A stretch of 64,000 nucleotides of DNA, taken from contig WAPT01000024.1 in NCBI GenBank assembly GCA_015520605.1, positions 12,645 to 76,644 on the forward strand. The letters are read 5' to 3'. Below are positions 7,306 through 18,173 of this stretch, in pieces. Positions within the stretch are counted from its first letter, which is position 1; each line of letters begins with the position of its first letter. A program made the translations under genes and the position numbers. This DNA comes from Nanobdellati archaeon (GTDB taxonomy: Archaea > EX4484-52 > WAPT01). The notes beneath the pieces are model-generated. The model did no database searches. It had not been told where the DNA came from and was given only the letters and a program-made list of their open reading frames with translations.

Positions 7306-8229
7306 ATGAAAAACTACGAAAAAATTATGAAAAACATTGAACGGCTCGGTGAGAGATATTGCAGAAGATATCTTGACCCGTGGAACAAAGAAAGGTTGCA
7401 GACCAATTGGTGGGAAGCGCTAAAATTCCTTCTTAGCCATTCGTTTATGAGAGGAAGACGAGACAAATTGTCTAACGAATATTATTATTTTACCATTGAA
7501 ACTTTGAAAGATTATTTTTCCATCACTGATGGAGATCTGAACACATCTTATGAGAAGCTTAAAGAAAAGAAAAAATATTTTGACAAAGAATGTATTTTGA
7601 AGTTCAAGAAGAATAAAAATATTGGAAGAAAAAATAGCATTAAAGATCCAGATTTCAGGAAGGAAGTAGTAGGAAAAAATCCAATTGTAAAGCTTCTAAT
7701 TACTCCAAAAGAAGTCAAAGTAAAATGGGACAACAAAACTTACAATAAGGTAACTTGCTTAGGTAATGATGAAGATATAATGATGGTTCTTGATGTTTTG
7801 AAGCTCATTTCAGATGATGATAAGAAGAATATTTACAATTATTTAAGAGATGCGATTGTCAATTTCGGGGTTAAAGCAGCGTATGAAGAATTGATAAACA
7901 TAAGAGCTGTTTCAGATAAAATCTCCACTTTCATCATCAGAGATATTGTTTTAATGAATCCACAAATAAAAATGACATATGAGGACGCCAAATGGGCATT
8001 TCCTATGGATACGTGGGTAATTAAAATTGCCCATAAGTTAGGTTGTAATAGTGAAGATATCGAAAAAATCAAAAACCATCTAATTGATAGGTGTAGGGAA
8101 TTGGGGGTAGATCCGTTAAAGTTTGTAGCAGGGCTATGGTTCTTGGGTTACCATTCGCTTGATATATTGCTAGAAAATTGTATAGGAGAGATCAAAATTG
8201 GGGACATTACTTCGGATAGCATCGGATAA
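7306..8229 (+). CDS. Divergent HhH-GPD-superfamily (DNA glycosylase-like) protein, encoded in an AT-rich island.
   Basis: The ORF-track protein contains ...AVSDKISTFIIRDIVL...FPMDTWVIKIAHKLG. This resembles the helix-hairpin-helix plus catalytic-Asp motif (xPVDTHVxRV) of EndoIII/Ogg/AGOG-type glycosylases. The gene and its flanks (about 6974-8416) are markedly more AT-rich than the rest of the window. Confidence 0.45.
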   Translation: MKNYEKIMKNIERLGERYCRRYLDPWNKERLQTNWWEALKFLLSHSFMRGRRDKLSNEYYYFTIETLKDYFSITDGDLNTSYEKLKEKKKYFDKECILKFKKNKNIGRKNSIKDPDFRKEVVGKNPIVKLLITPKEVKVKWDNKTYNKVTCLGNDEDIMMVLDVLKLISDDDKKNIYNYLRDAIVNFGVKAAYEELINIRAVSDKISTFIIRDIVLMNPQIKMTYEDAKWAFPMDTWVIKIAHKLGCNSEDIEKIKNHLIDRCRELGVDPLKFVAGLWFLGYHSLDILLENCIGEIKIGDITSDSIG

Positions 8230-8416
8230 AAAGTTTTTCACCACATCCACCAAATTGTTTTCAGAATCCTTTTGTCCGCAAATCATCAATAGCGTTCGTA
8301 ATTATTAATTTTTATTTCGATTTCTGGGACGTTAATTTCATGCAACGGTAAAACCACCGTTAACGACACCAAAATTCAAAAACCCGAAAACATAACTTGA
8401 ATGTCCGAAGCTTGGA

Positions 8417-9004
8417 CTATTTAAACTTAGGTGTGCCGTCATCATTGAAGTACTCGCTTTCATAGGGCAGGGAGCTTGATTTACCACTTTTCTCCGAGTT
8501 CCCCTCTCTTTCTTCCTCCTCATGGCCTTTCTGCTCTTTCTTTTCCTCACTCCTGAAGATGGGTTTTATTTCTTTGGTTAGTTTCACTTTCTCCGCTATA
8601 TCGTTTAGCATGCTTTTCGCTTTTTCATCGACAGGGAACGCAACTTCAAAACCCATTCCTTGTTTCTCATCCTTGTAGCGCGGAATTATGTGCACATGGA
8701 GATGGGGTACAACCTGCCCTGCCACTCTGCCGTTGTTTATCATAATGTTGTAGCCCGCTGCGCCCAAATTCTCCACAAGATTCTTTGCTATGTGTTTGAC
8801 CACAACAAAAAGATGCGCTATTGCTTCATCACCCAGCTGGTCAAGTGTGGAAACGTGCACTTTAGGCACAACTAAAACATGGCCCTTAAACCTGGGATTT
8901 ATATCTAGGAAAGAGATCACGTAAGGATCTTCATAGATGGTGGCCGAAGGTATTTTCTTTTCAATTATCTTACAGAACACACATTCCGTATCGTAGCTCA
9001 TCAT
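8417..9004 (-). CDS. HIT-family (histidine triad) hydrolase with a charged low-complexity C-terminal tail.
   Basis: HLHVHIIPR histidine-triad motif and an N-terminal CVFCKI segment. Confidence 0.85.
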   Translation of the reverse strand: MMSYDTECVFCKIIEKKIPSATIYEDPYVISFLDINPRFKGHVLVVPKVHVSTLDQLGDEAIAHLFVVVKHIAKNLVENLGAAGYNIMINNGRVAGQVVPHLHVHIIPRYKDEKQGMGFEVAFPVDEKAKSMLNDIAEKVKLTKEIKPIFRSEEKKEQKGHEEEEREGNSEKSGKSSSLPYESEYFNDDGTPKFK

Positions 9005-9023
9005 AGCACCACCCTCTCATTTT

Positions 9024-9233
9024 TTATTTACAGGGGCTCCATCCACACGATGGGCAGAAGGCACAACCTTCTGCAGGGATCAGCTCTGTACCGCACTCCG
9101 GGCAAACCATTTCATCTTCATTTGCAGCTTCTCCAATGTTATCGACTTCCACGCTTCTCAGAAGCCTTTCCTTTATTTTTGATATCTCTTCCACGCCATC
9201 CATAGCACCACCACTTAACCATAGCGCTGCCAA
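9024..9233 (-). CDS. Small zinc-ribbon protein.
   Basis: CPECG...CAFCPSCG double CxxC motif. The probable start is at MDGVEE (9203). Confidence 0.35.
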   Translation of the reverse strand: MAALWLSGGAMDGVEEISKIKERLLRSVEVDNIGEAANEDEMVCPECGTELIPAEGCAFCPSCGWSPCK

Positions 9234-9600
9234 AAAATATTAAGTTATGGTTTTGGTTCAGGAACTGATACTTAGTCACTGAAAAATTCAGGCACTAAAA
9301 GACTTTGAATTCAAAACCTTGGATGGCTTCTGGAAAATTTTTGACCTTTTGCATTGGATTTGAATGTGGTTCGGAGTCTGACACAATGTGTCAAATTTAA
9401 AAAATTTGCATATAATACAGTGATGTTAGCTAATTTTGCATTTTATTGCTTTTATGGTAAAAGGGCACCAGTCAATTGGTGGTTGGGGGCACCTTCACCA
9501 AAATATTTAAATCTTATTATTTTCATGATAACAAATCTCCTCCTGTAGGGATTAGTTGCCCCATTGGTGGAAGCACATTCCATCTTAAAATCCCCAATAT

Positions 9601-10611
9601 GTGGTTGAAATGTCAAGTAGATACCACCCGAGAAGAGGATCTCTCCAGTACTCTCCAAGAGTGAGAGCCAAAAGGATCTACCCGAGGGTAAGGCATGTTC
9701 CTGTGGTTGAAGGCAAGAATGTTGTGGAGTTTGCAGGCTATAAGGTTGGGATGCTCCAAGTGGATTATATTGAGAAGAGAAAAAATAGGTTCACCAATAG
9801 AGAGGTTGTGGAGCCTGCAACGTTAATAGAAGCTCCCCCGCTCAAGGTTCTTGCCGCTAGGTTCTACGAAAAGACTCCTTATGGTTCCAGAACAGTAACG
9901 GAGCTCTGGAGCGATAAAATAGAGAATAATGTGGCGAGGAAGATAACTGGAATAAAGCCCAACAAGGATAAAGATAGCGTTCTGGACAAGATAAAGGAAG
10001 GGTTCGATAAAATAAAGCTGATCGTGGCAACACAGCCGAAGCTGGCAGGAATAGGAAAGAAGGCACCAGAGGTATTTGAGATTCACTATTTCCCCACAAC
10101 CCCTCTCCCTTCTGAGCCTTCTTCTGATAACTCCTCCCAACTCCTCGATGAGATTTCCTCTCTTCTTGGCAACGAAATCTGCGTGGGTGATGTTTTCGCT
10201 CCCGGTGTTTTTGTTGATGTTATAACCGTTACCAAAGGTAAAGGCTTTCAGGGTTCCGTTAAGAGGTTCGGTGTGAAGCTACTCTCCCACAAAGCGAGAA
10301 AGATCAGGAGGAAAGCAGGAACTCTCGGTCCGTGGCACCCTGCAAAGACCAGATGGACCGTGCCGCAGACGGGTCAGATGGGTTTCCACACGAGAACCGA
10401 GTTCAATAAGTGGGTTATAGAAGTTGGAGATGAACCTTCTCGTGTTTCTAAATCTGGTGGGTGGAAGCACTACGGTGTTGTGAAATCCGATTACATCATC
10501 CTTCACGGCTCGGTTCCCGGCCCGTCAAAGAGACTGATAAGGTTAAGATATGCAATAAGGTGCCATGAGCCCCCAACAGAAGCGCCCGAGATAAAGCAGC
10601 TTATATGGTGA
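9601..10611 (+). CDS. rpl3: Ribosomal protein uL3.
   Basis: The N-terminus (HPRRGSLQYSPRVRA) is typical of archaeal L3, and this is the first gene of the conserved L3-L4-L23-L2 operon. Confidence 0.95.
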   Translation: MVEMSSRYHPRRGSLQYSPRVRAKRIYPRVRHVPVVEGKNVVEFAGYKVGMLQVDYIEKRKNRFTNREVVEPATLIEAPPLKVLAARFYEKTPYGSRTVTELWSDKIENNVARKITGIKPNKDKDSVLDKIKEGFDKIKLIVATQPKLAGIGKKAPEVFEIHYFPTTPLPSEPSSDNSSQLLDEISSLLGNEICVGDVFAPGVFVDVITVTKGKGFQGSVKRFGVKLLSHKARKIRRKAGTLGPWHPAKTRWTVPQTGQMGFHTRTEFNKWVIEVGDEPSRVSKSGGWKHYGVVKSDYIILHGSVPGPSKRLIRLRYAIRCHEPPTEAPEIKQLIW

Positions 10612-10618
10612 GAATGTT

Positions 10619-11440
10619 ATGGATGATCTGAAGGTGCCTGTTTACGACCTTGAAGGAAAGAAAAAGAGCGAGATAACCCTGTCGGAGCAGTTCAGATATG
10701 AGTTCAGACCGGATCTCATAATCAGAGCTTTCCTTGCCACCATGAGTCACAAAAGGCAGCCCTACGGAGCTGATCCGATGGCTGGAAAGAGGACGAGCGC
10801 CGATTACAGAGGGAGAAGAGGAGCATATGGATCTTGGATAAACCGCGGCCTCGCAAGGCTGCCGAGGATAAGGGTTAAGTCCGGCCACATGACCGGAGTG
10901 GTGAGATTTGTGCCTCATGCTGTTAAAGGTAGGAAGGCTCACCCGCCAAAAGCCGAGAAGAAGTGGGAACAAAAAATAAATATAAAGGAGAGGAGAAAAG
11001 CCATACTCTCAGCTATATCCGCACTTACTAACAAGATGCTTGCTATTAAGAGGGGACATAAGGTAGAGAAGGTGGAAAAGCTACCGATAGTTGTGGTCAG
11101 TGATCTCGAAAGCGTCAAGAGGACCAGACAGCTGGAAAACTTGCTGAGAAAGCTTGGACTTGATGAAGAGCTTGAGAGAACGAGGGAGAAGAGATACAGA
11201 GCTGGCAAGGGCAAGATGCGCGGCAGGAGGTACAAGAAAAGAAAGGGCCCACTCATAGTGGTTAGTAAGGATGAGGGCATATTCAAGGCAGCCAAGAATA
11301 TTCCCGGTGTGGATATCTGCCTTGTTAAGGATCTCAACGTTGAGCTGCTTGCTCCTGGTGGGCATGCAGGCAGGGTAAGCGTTTGGAGCGAGAGCGCGAT
11401 AAAGGAGCTTGAGGAGAAAAGGCTCTTCATGGTGAGCTAA
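10619..11440 (+). CDS. rpl4: Ribosomal protein uL4.
   Basis: Conserved operon position and L4 sequence features. Confidence 0.93.
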   Translation: MDDLKVPVYDLEGKKKSEITLSEQFRYEFRPDLIIRAFLATMSHKRQPYGADPMAGKRTSADYRGRRGAYGSWINRGLARLPRIRVKSGHMTGVVRFVPHAVKGRKAHPPKAEKKWEQKINIKERRKAILSAISALTNKMLAIKRGHKVEKVEKLPIVVVSDLESVKRTRQLENLLRKLGLDEELERTREKRYRAGKGKMRGRRYKKRKGPLIVVSKDEGIFKAAKNIPGVDICLVKDLNVELLAPGGHAGRVSVWSESAIKELEEKRLFMVS

Positions 11441-11441
11441 C

Positions 11442-11711
11442 ATGGCATCCAAAAAAGCTTTTGAAGTACTGCTTTATCCCCTTATGACAGAGAAGGCCAT
11501 ATCTCTCATAGAGAGGGAGAACACCATAACCTTCATCGTGGACAGGAAGGCAAACAAGCAGGAGATAAAGAAAGCATTTGAGGAAATGTTTAAGGTTAAG
11601 GTCAGGAAGGTTAGAACTCTTGTGGACACAAAAGGAAGGAAGAAAGCATACATAGCCATAAGTAAGGAACACAACGCAGCAGATATAGCTGCAAAGCTTG
11701 GAATGATGTGA
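11442..11711 (+). CDS. rpl23: Ribosomal protein uL23.
   Basis: 89-aa protein at the conserved position between L4 and L2. Confidence 0.93.
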   Translation: MASKKAFEVLLYPLMTEKAISLIERENTITFIVDRKANKQEIKKAFEEMFKVKVRKVRTLVDTKGRKKAYIAISKEHNAADIAAKLGMM

Positions 11712-11731
11712 TGATGGAGCTGTGATGTCGT

Positions 11732-12445
11732 ATGGGGAGAAGAATACTCGTGCAGAGGAGGGGAAGAGGAGTATCCAAGACTTTTCTAGCGCCGAGCTTT
11801 AACTATGTTGCTGATGTTAAGTACCCCCCAATTCAGCGAGGAAGCTTGAAGGGTAAGGTCATAGACATAGTGGATGATCCCGGAAGGACAGCTCCCCTTG
11901 CACTTGTAAAGTTTGACGGCTCTTCCGAAAAGTGGTATTTCATAGCAAGTGAGGGTGTAAAAACAAACGACACCATAAAGGTTGGAGAAGGTGCATCCAT
12001 CAAGATCGGAAATGTACTCTTCCTGAAGGACATCCCTGAAGGTACGCCGGTATTTAACATCGAGGTTGTTCCTGGGGATGGAGGGAAGCTCGTGAGGGCG
12101 AGTGGAGGTTATGCTATAGTGCTCTCAAAGGATGCCGATAAAGTCACGATTCAGCTCCCATCCAGAAAAATAAAATCCCTAAACCCTAACTGCAGAGCCA
12201 CTATAGGAATAGTTGCTGGAGGTGAAAGGCCCAAGAAACCGTTTGTTAAAGCCGGCAATAAATGGCATGCCATGAAGGCAAGGGGTAAGAAGTATCCCAA
12301 GACCAGAGCAAAGGCGAAGAACGCATGCGATCACAAGTTTGGAGGTAAGAGCTTCGGTGTGCCAAAGACCGTTAGCAGGCATGCACCACCAGGAAGGAAG
12401 GTTGGTAGCATAGCTGCAAGAAGAACCGGCAGGAGGAAGAGGTGA
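11732..12445 (+). CDS. rpl2: Ribosomal protein uL2.
   Basis: N-terminus [13 protein letters not shown] and C-terminal RNA-binding domain. Confidence 0.95.
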   Translation: MGRRILVQRRGRGVSKTFLAPSFNYVADVKYPPIQRGSLKGKVIDIVDDPGRTAPLALVKFDGSSEKWYFIASEGVKTNDTIKVGEGASIKIGNVLFLKDIPEGTPVFNIEVVPGDGGKLVRASGGYAIVLSKDADKVTIQLPSRKIKSLNPNCRATIGIVAGGERPKKPFVKAGNKWHAMKARGKKYPKTRAKAKNACDHKFGGKSFGVPKTVSRHAPPGRKVGSIAARRTGRRKR

Positions 12446-12843
12446 AACTGAATATGGCTAAAAAGGAGTTCAGGTTTAGAGGATACACACTTGAAGAGCT
12501 CCAAAAAATGAGCCTTGAGGAGTTTGCCGAGCTACTCACAGCCAGAGTAAGAAGACACTTGAGGAGGGGGCTCACCCATGCCGAAAAGAAGCTCCTGGAG
12601 AAAATAAGAAAAACTTCTAAGGACAAGTTCATAAAAACACATGCGAGAGACATGATAATACTGCCTGAAATGGTCGGCAGAACCATTGGTGTTCACAACG
12701 GAAAGGAGTTCGTACCGGTCACCATAACCCCAGAAATGATAGGTCACAGGCTTGGTGAGTTCGCTTTGACAAGAAAGCCTGTACAGCACAGTGGTCCTGG
12801 TATAGGAGCATCCAAGTCCACAAAGCATGTGGGTAGGAAGTGA
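12442..12843 (+). CDS. rps19: Ribosomal protein uS19. The likely start is at 12454 (MAKKEF...).
   Basis: S19 signature ...GKEFVPV...GHRLGEFA. Confidence 0.92.
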   Translation: MKLNMAKKEFRFRGYTLEELQKMSLEEFAELLTARVRRHLRRGLTHAEKKLLEKIRKTSKDKFIKTHARDMIILPEMVGRTIGVHNGKEFVPVTITPEMIGHRLGEFALTRKPVQHSGPGIGASKSTKHVGRK

Positions 12844-12855
12844 TGGTGATGGCCT

Positions 12856-13296
12856 ATGTACAATGTTGAGAATTATGATCCCGCAAAGATGTCGAGGGCA
12901 TGCAAGCGCTACGTGAGGATCTCGTGGAAAGCGTGTGTTGAGATAGGTAAAGTGATAAAGGGAATGAAAGTGGATAAAGCAAGAAGGCTGCTCCAAGACG
13001 TAATTGAGATGAAGAGATCTATACCTTTCACCCGCTTCACTGAAGGTGCTGGTCACAAGCCGGGAGCTGGGCCGGGAAGGTATCCCGTAAACGCCGCAAG
13101 GGAAATACTTGACTTGATAAACAGCGCTGTCAAGAATGCTGAATATCAGGGGCTTGATAGTTCAAGGCTTTACATCAAGTCGTTCCTCGTCATGAAAGCG
13201 CCAACGTTTTACAGACCGAGAAGATCCCCACTTAGGGGGCAGAAGAGAAAGAACGTACACATATCCGTGGTGTTGGAAGAGGGTGAAGGAAAATGA
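12856..13296 (+). CDS. rpl22: Ribosomal protein uL22.
   Basis: Operon position and L22 fold motifs. Confidence 0.92.
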   Translation: MYNVENYDPAKMSRACKRYVRISWKACVEIGKVIKGMKVDKARRLLQDVIEMKRSIPFTRFTEGAGHKPGAGPGRYPVNAAREILDLINSAVKNAEYQGLDSSRLYIKSFLVMKAPTFYRPRRSPLRGQKRKNVHISVVLEEGEGK

Positions 13297-14066
13297 TCGA
13301 GAGGAAGTTCGTCCAGGAGGGCATAGTGAACATGAAGATTGCGGAATTCCTTGACAAAGAGCTTGACAGGGCAGAGTATAGCGGGTGCGAGATAAGAAGA
13401 ACACCCCTTGCAACACGCATTGTGATTCGTGCCGGTAGACCGGCGATAATAATAGGTAGAGGAGGTGAAAGAATAGCAAGACTCCAGCAAACCTTGAAGG
13501 AGAAATTCGGATTGGAGAACCCACAGATAGAAGTGAAGGGAGTAGATAATCCCTATCTTGATGCAAAGATAGTTGCCAAGAGGATAAAGTTCGCCCTTGA
13601 GCGGGGGCTGAATTACAGAAGAGTCGTTAACATGTTTCTCTCGAGAGTCATGGAAGCCGGTGCTGTTGGCGTGGAAATAGATGTGAGCGGTAAGCTCACA
13701 GGGGAAAGACACAGGACGGAAAAGTACTTTGCGGGATATGTGATGAAATGTGGCTTTCCCGCTCAAACGTATGTTGATGTTGTTCAGGAACAGGCTGTAC
13801 TAAAACCGGGAGTTATAGGGATAAAAGTGCACATCATGCCCTTTATGCCACCCGAGATGGAAATGGAGAAAAAGGTCGCAAAAGGAGATGTAGAAATAAA
13901 AGAAGAGGTCATAAAGAAGCTTATGCCGAAGAAAGAAGAGGAGGAAAATAAGGAGGGTGAAGGTGTAAAGTCAGAAGAAAAGGAAGCAGAAACTGAAGAA
14001 AAGACTGAAAAGGAAAAGGAAGGTGATGAGAAGAAAAAAGAAGATAAGGTTAGTAAGGGTGAATGA
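13293..14066 (+). CDS. rps3: Ribosomal protein uS3 with a Glu/Lys-rich C-terminal tail.
   Basis: KH-domain motif IIGRGGERI and conserved operon position. Confidence 0.93.
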   Translation: MIERKFVQEGIVNMKIAEFLDKELDRAEYSGCEIRRTPLATRIVIRAGRPAIIIGRGGERIARLQQTLKEKFGLENPQIEVKGVDNPYLDAKIVAKRIKFALERGLNYRRVVNMFLSRVMEAGAVGVEIDVSGKLTGERHRTEKYFAGYVMKCGFPAQTYVDVVQEQAVLKPGVIGIKVHIMPFMPPEMEMEKKVAKGDVEIKEEVIKKLMPKKEEEENKEGEGVKSEEKEAETEEKTEKEKEGDEKKKEDKVSKGE

Positions 14067-14281
14067 TTATGGCTATCCTCAGAGCTAAGCAGATGAGGGA
14101 AATGAGTGATGAAGAGCTTGATAAAAAGCTTGCAGATCTTCGAATGGAGCTCATGAAAGAGAGGGCAAAGGCGAAAGTTGGCGGTGTGCCAGACAATCCC
14201 GGAAGAATGAGGGAAATAAGATTAACAATCGCCAGGATACTCACAATCAAAAAAGAACGAGAGGTGCTTAACAAGAGATGA
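14063..14281 (+). CDS. rpl29: Ribosomal protein uL29.
   Basis: 72-aa helical protein at the position after S3. Confidence 0.9.
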   Translation: MIMAILRAKQMREMSDEELDKKLADLRMELMKERAKAKVGGVPDNPGRMREIRLTIARILTIKKEREVLNKR

Positions 14282-14583
14282 CCGAGATCTGTCCGGTCTG
14301 CGGGCTCCCAAAGGAGCTCTGTGTGTGTGAGACGATAGCCAGAGAGCAGCAGAGAATAAAAATTTATGTTGAAAAAAGGAAGTTCGGCAAGACCATGACC
14401 ATAATAGAAGGTCTTGACGGGAAAAGCATCGATATAAAATCTCTCCTGAAGAAGTTCAAGAAAAAACTGGCATGTGGAGGCACATACAAGGATGGCAGGA
14501 TTGAGCTACAGGGCGATCACAGGCTGAAGGTCAAAAAGCTGCTGATCGATGAGGGCTTTCCCCCGAGCTCAATAGTTGAGTGA
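14278..14583 (+). CDS. sui1: Translation initiation factor aSUI1 (eIF1 homolog) with an N-terminal Zn-ribbon.
   Basis: N-terminal [14 protein letters not shown] motif and the SUI1 domain core ...[18 protein letters not shown]..., at the canonical archaeal position between L29 and Rpp29. Confidence 0.85.
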   Translation: MTEICPVCGLPKELCVCETIAREQQRIKIYVEKRKFGKTMTIIEGLDGKSIDIKSLLKKFKKKLACGGTYKDGRIELQGDHRLKVKKLLIDEGFPPSSIVE

Positions 14584-14894
14584 GTCGGATGCCAACAACT
14601 CCAAAAAACTTGATAAGACACGAGCTCATAGGCCTCAGGGTTAAGATAGCGAAGAGCAGAGATCCCTCACTGATCAACGTTGAGGGAGTGGTGGTTGATG
14701 AGACCAAAAATACGCTGGTGATAAGAAAGCAGAACGGCAGGGAGATAATGGTGCAGAAAGATATCTGTGTGTTCCATTTCATGCTCGATGATGACAATGC
14801 TGTCGAGGTCAGTGGTGAGGTACTGGTGGCGAGACCCGAGGACAGGATAAAGAAAAGAGTTCCTAAGAAGCTGTGGGGTGGACTGGATGGCTGA
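14580..14894 (+). CDS. rnp1: RNase P protein component Rpp29 (Rnp1).
   Basis: Sm-like Rpp29 core (ELIGLRVKI...[13 protein letters not shown]), at the conserved position before S17. Confidence 0.85.
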   Translation: MSRMPTTPKNLIRHELIGLRVKIAKSRDPSLINVEGVVVDETKNTLVIRKQNGREIMVQKDICVFHFMLDDDNAVEVSGEVLVARPEDRIKKRVPKKLWGGLDG

Positions 14895-15309
14895 AAAAAT
14901 TCGCTCCAAAAAATCCTCCAACGCAGAAGTAAAAGTGGAAAAGAAAAAGACTGAAAAAAAGGTGGAAATGGTGAAAATCGGAGATATAGGTATAGATGTT
15001 AAGAACCCGCCAACGGAAGTCTGCAACGATGATAAATGCCCCTATCATGGTCACCTCAAAATAAGAGGTAGGATATTCCAGGGCGTTGTGATTTCAGACA
15101 AGATGAATAAAACCGTTGTTGTGGGCTGGGAATACCTCCGGATGATTAAGAAACTCAATAGGTATATGCGCTGCAGAACCAAAGTGATAGCGCACAATCC
15201 ACCCTGTATAAACGCGAGGGAGGGCGATATCGTCAGGATAGCTGAGTGCAGGCCCCTTAGCAAGACCAAAAGCTTTGTGGTTATAGAGGTCGTTAAGAGA
15301 GCGCAGTAA
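14878..15309 (+). CDS. rps17: Ribosomal protein uS17, possibly with a Lys-rich N-terminal extension. An alternative start lies near 14968 (MVKIGDIG).
   Basis: S17 OB-fold with its conserved Cys cluster, and operon position. Confidence 0.9.
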   Translation: MDWMAEKIRSKKSSNAEVKVEKKKTEKKVEMVKIGDIGIDVKNPPTEVCNDDKCPYHGHLKIRGRIFQGVVISDKMNKTVVVGWEYLRMIKKLNRYMRCRTKVIAHNPPCINAREGDIVRIAECRPLSKTKSFVVIEVVKRAQ

Positions 15310-15323
15310 GCGGTGGTGGTTTT

Positions 15324-15722
15324 ATGAAGGCCATAAGCACAAGGCCAATAAAGGCCGTGCAGATAGGAACCGTGCTTAAATGCATAGACAACACAGGAGC
15401 AAAGTTGCTCAAGGTTATAGGTGTTAAGGGATATAAAAGCACAAGAAGAAGGCTGGCCAAAGCGGGAGTGGGTGATGTTGTCATCTGCACCGTGATAAAG
15501 GGTACCGAAAAACTGAGAAATGAAATCGTTCATGCTGTCGTTGTCAGGCAGAGGAGAAAATACAGGAGGAAGAACGGTATGTTCGTATGTTTTGAGGACA
15601 ACGCAGCTGTGTTGATAAACGAGAGGATGGAGCCGAGAGGAAGAGAGATAAAGGGTGTCGTCGCAAAGGAAGCTGTGGAAAGGTTTCCGGCAGTGGGCAA
15701 GATAGCGAGTATGGTAGTGTGA
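15324..15722 (+). CDS. rpl14: Ribosomal protein uL14.
   Basis: L14 motif ...IDNTGAK... Confidence 0.95.
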   Translation: MKAISTRPIKAVQIGTVLKCIDNTGAKLLKVIGVKGYKSTRRRLAKAGVGDVVICTVIKGTEKLRNEIVHAVVVRQRRKYRRKNGMFVCFEDNAAVLINERMEPRGREIKGVVAKEAVERFPAVGKIASMVV

Positions 15723-15723
15723 G

Positions 15724-16149
15724 GTGAGAAAAGTGAAGGTAAAGTTTTCACGTAACTGGGTGAGAAGCAGAAGTCCCAGAAAGCAGAGAAAGTATATAGC
15801 AAATGCTCCACTTCATATTAGAAAAAAGTTCCTATCCGTCAACATTTCAAAGGAGCTCAGGGAAAAGTACAACACACGCAACGTTGTTGTCAGAAAAGGT
15901 GATGTTGTTAGAGTGATGCGCGGCTCCTTTAAGGGTGTTGAAGGAAAAGTGGTCAGAGTTGATATCAAGAAAATCAGGGTCTATGTTGATGCTGTGAAAA
16001 GGAAAAAAACTGACGGAAGCGAGGTGCTTGTTCCAATCCACCCGTCAAATCTGCAAATAATCGAGCTCAACCTCGAGGATGAAAAAAGAATTAAAAAACT
16101 TAGGGAGAAAAGAGCCTCCGCCAAGCCTGGAAAAGAGGTGAGTAGCTGA
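15724..16149 (+). CDS. rpl24: Ribosomal protein uL24 (KOW domain).
   Basis: KOW motif [15 protein letters not shown] and operon position. Confidence 0.92.
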   Translation: MRKVKVKFSRNWVRSRSPRKQRKYIANAPLHIRKKFLSVNISKELREKYNTRNVVVRKGDVVRVMRGSFKGVEGKVVRVDIKKIRVYVDAVKRKKTDGSEVLVPIHPSNLQIIELNLEDEKRIKKLREKRASAKPGKEVSS

Positions 16150-16871
16150 TGCCACACTTGAAAAGATATGCAGCCCCTCCATGTTACAGCATACCTGTGA
16201 AGGTTAAGAAGTTCGCACCCGTGATAATGGGGGGAGGACACCCGCACGATAGAGCCATACCTCTCAGGATTATCCTCAGAGATATGCTCGGCTACGCAAG
16301 AAATACGAGGGAAGTAAAGAAGATAGTCTCCGCTGGTAAGGTCATCGTGGATGGTGTGGTGAGGAAGGATGATAGGTTTGGGGTTGGGGTTATGGATGTT
16401 ATATCATTGCCTGATGTTGGTGTGCACTTTAGAGTCTTGCCTAGGAAGGAGAAGCTCGTGCTGGTTGAAATTCCCGAGAAAGAGGCAAACATCAAGTTGT
16501 GCAGAATAATGAACAAGACGGTAGTGAGAGGTGGGCACATCCAGCTCAATCTTCATGATGGAAGGAACATACTCATAAGAGTTAAGGATCCATGCAACCC
16601 TGTTGAGGATGTTTACAAAACGATGGACTCACTCCTCATAAGCCTACCCGACCAGAAGATTCTGAAGCATATAAAGATGGAGGAAGGTAAGATTGCTATG
16701 ATTTACAGAGGTAAACGAGCAGGAGAAATGGGCAAGGTTGAAAAGATCGAAATAATTAGAGGTTTTGACCCCAACAGGATAACACTCCAGACAAAGAAAG
16801 GCTGTGTTACATCTCCAGCGGATTACGTATTCGTTGTTGGTGATACGACTCCGGAGATAACGATAGAGTGA
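16149..16871 (+). CDS. rps4e: Ribosomal protein eS4.
   Basis: N-terminus HLKRYAAP, characteristic of S4e. Confidence 0.93.
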   Translation: MPHLKRYAAPPCYSIPVKVKKFAPVIMGGGHPHDRAIPLRIILRDMLGYARNTREVKKIVSAGKVIVDGVVRKDDRFGVGVMDVISLPDVGVHFRVLPRKEKLVLVEIPEKEANIKLCRIMNKTVVRGGHIQLNLHDGRNILIRVKDPCNPVEDVYKTMDSLLISLPDQKILKHIKMEEGKIAMIYRGKRAGEMGKVEKIEIIRGFDPNRITLQTKKGCVTSPADYVFVVGDTTPEITIE

Positions 16872-17464
16872 TGAGCGTGATGATTATGACCAAGAATCAG
16901 ACCGTGGCGGAGGTAAAGACGAAGGGTGAGGATAAAAAGAGCAAGGATGCTAATCCAATGAGGCAGATAAGGATCGGGAAGGTTGTGATCAACATAGGAG
17001 TGAAGGATCCTATTGCTGAGGTGGAAAAAGCGTACAGGTTGTTAGAAAAAATCACGGGTAAGAAGCCTGTAAAGACCAAGGCCACAAGAAAGGCGAGGAC
17101 CTTTGGTATAAGAAGAGGTCTTCCGATCGGTGTTAAGGTCACCATCCGTGGTGGGGGGGCTGAAGAACTTGCAGAAAAGCTCCTCGAAGCTGTGGATAAA
17201 AAACTTAAGATAACAAGCTTTGATAATGAGGGTAACGTTAATTTTGGGATAAAGGAATACCTTGATATTCCTGGTGTAAAGTATGATCCTACCATCGGTA
17301 TCTTTGGAATGGATGTTGCCATACAGCTTGAAAGACCCGGCTTCAGGGTTAAGAGAAGAAGACTCGGGAGAGCAAGGATTGGTAAGCACCACAGAATAAG
17401 GAGAGAGGAAGCCATCCGCTTCATGAAGGAGAGGTTTGGTATAGAGGTTGTTGAGGAAAGGTGA
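16868..17464 (+). CDS. rpl5: Ribosomal protein uL5.
   Basis: L5 signature and operon position. Confidence 0.93.
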   Translation: MMSVMIMTKNQTVAEVKTKGEDKKSKDANPMRQIRIGKVVINIGVKDPIAEVEKAYRLLEKITGKKPVKTKATRKARTFGIRRGLPIGVKVTIRGGGAEELAEKLLEAVDKKLKITSFDNEGNVNFGIKEYLDIPGVKYDPTIGIFGMDVAIQLERPGFRVKRRRLGRARIGKHHRIRREEAIRFMKERFGIEVVEER

Positions 17465-17470
17465 TGATGT

Positions 17471-17701
17471 ATGGGTGGTCATTACACAAAATGTCTCAAG
17501 ATTTACATGAACAAACCTGGAAAGCTTAAGAAGGTGCTCAGGCACAACTCCAGAAAGGAAAGGACCACCGGTTATGCTACAGCACGCTGCATAAGATGCG
17601 GTAGAATGGGAAGAGGTCTGATAAGAAAGTACGGCCTGAACATCTGCAGACAGTGCTTTAGAGAAGTTGCCAAAGAGATGGGATGGAAAAAGCTTGAGTG
17701 A
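17471..17701 (+). CDS. rps14: Ribosomal protein uS14 (Zn-binding type).
   Basis: CIRCGR...CRQC Zn-ribbon. An alternative start lies at MNKPGKLKK (17507). Confidence 0.9.
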   Translation: MGGHYTKCLKIYMNKPGKLKKVLRHNSRKERTTGYATARCIRCGRMGRGLIRKYGLNICRQCFREVAKEMGWKKLE

Positions 17702-18096
17702 GGTGCGCAACCATGAGACATGATTTGCTCTCTGATGTCATGTCAGCAATTAAAAATGCCGAGAAGGTTGGAAAGAAGGAGTGTGTGGTTCCAGCGTCTA
17801 ACCTTGTGAAAAACGTGCTGAAGGTCATGCAGGAACACGGCTATATAGGCAACTTCGAGTATATCGATGATGGAAGGGGTGGAAAGTTCAGGATAGAGTT
17901 AAAGGGAAGAATAAATGAATGTAATGCCATAAGGCCAAGATTTTATGTTAAAAAGGACGAGTTCGACATGTGGGAAAAACAATACCTCCCAGCAGCCGGG
18001 GTGGGAATACTTATAGTCACAACTGACGAGGGCGTTGTTGCCCACACGAAGGTTAAAGGTAGAAAGGGAGGAGCATTACTGGCTTATGTCTATTAG
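17698..18096 (+). CDS. rps8: Ribosomal protein uS8. The likely start is at 17713.
   Basis: S8 signature (N-terminal [12 protein letters not shown]-terminal GGALLAYVY) and operon position. Confidence 0.92.
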   Translation: MRCATMRHDLLSDVMSAIKNAEKVGKKECVVPASNLVKNVLKVMQEHGYIGNFEYIDDGRGGKFRIELKGRINECNAIRPRFYVKKDEFDMWEKQYLPAAGVGILIVTTDEGVVAHTKVKGRKGGALLAYVY

Positions 18097-18173
18097 ATGA
18101 CATCGGGCATCCCTTATCATAACTTTTCATATTCATTCATCTAATCCCCTTCAATGCTGAAGCGTGATCGGTT

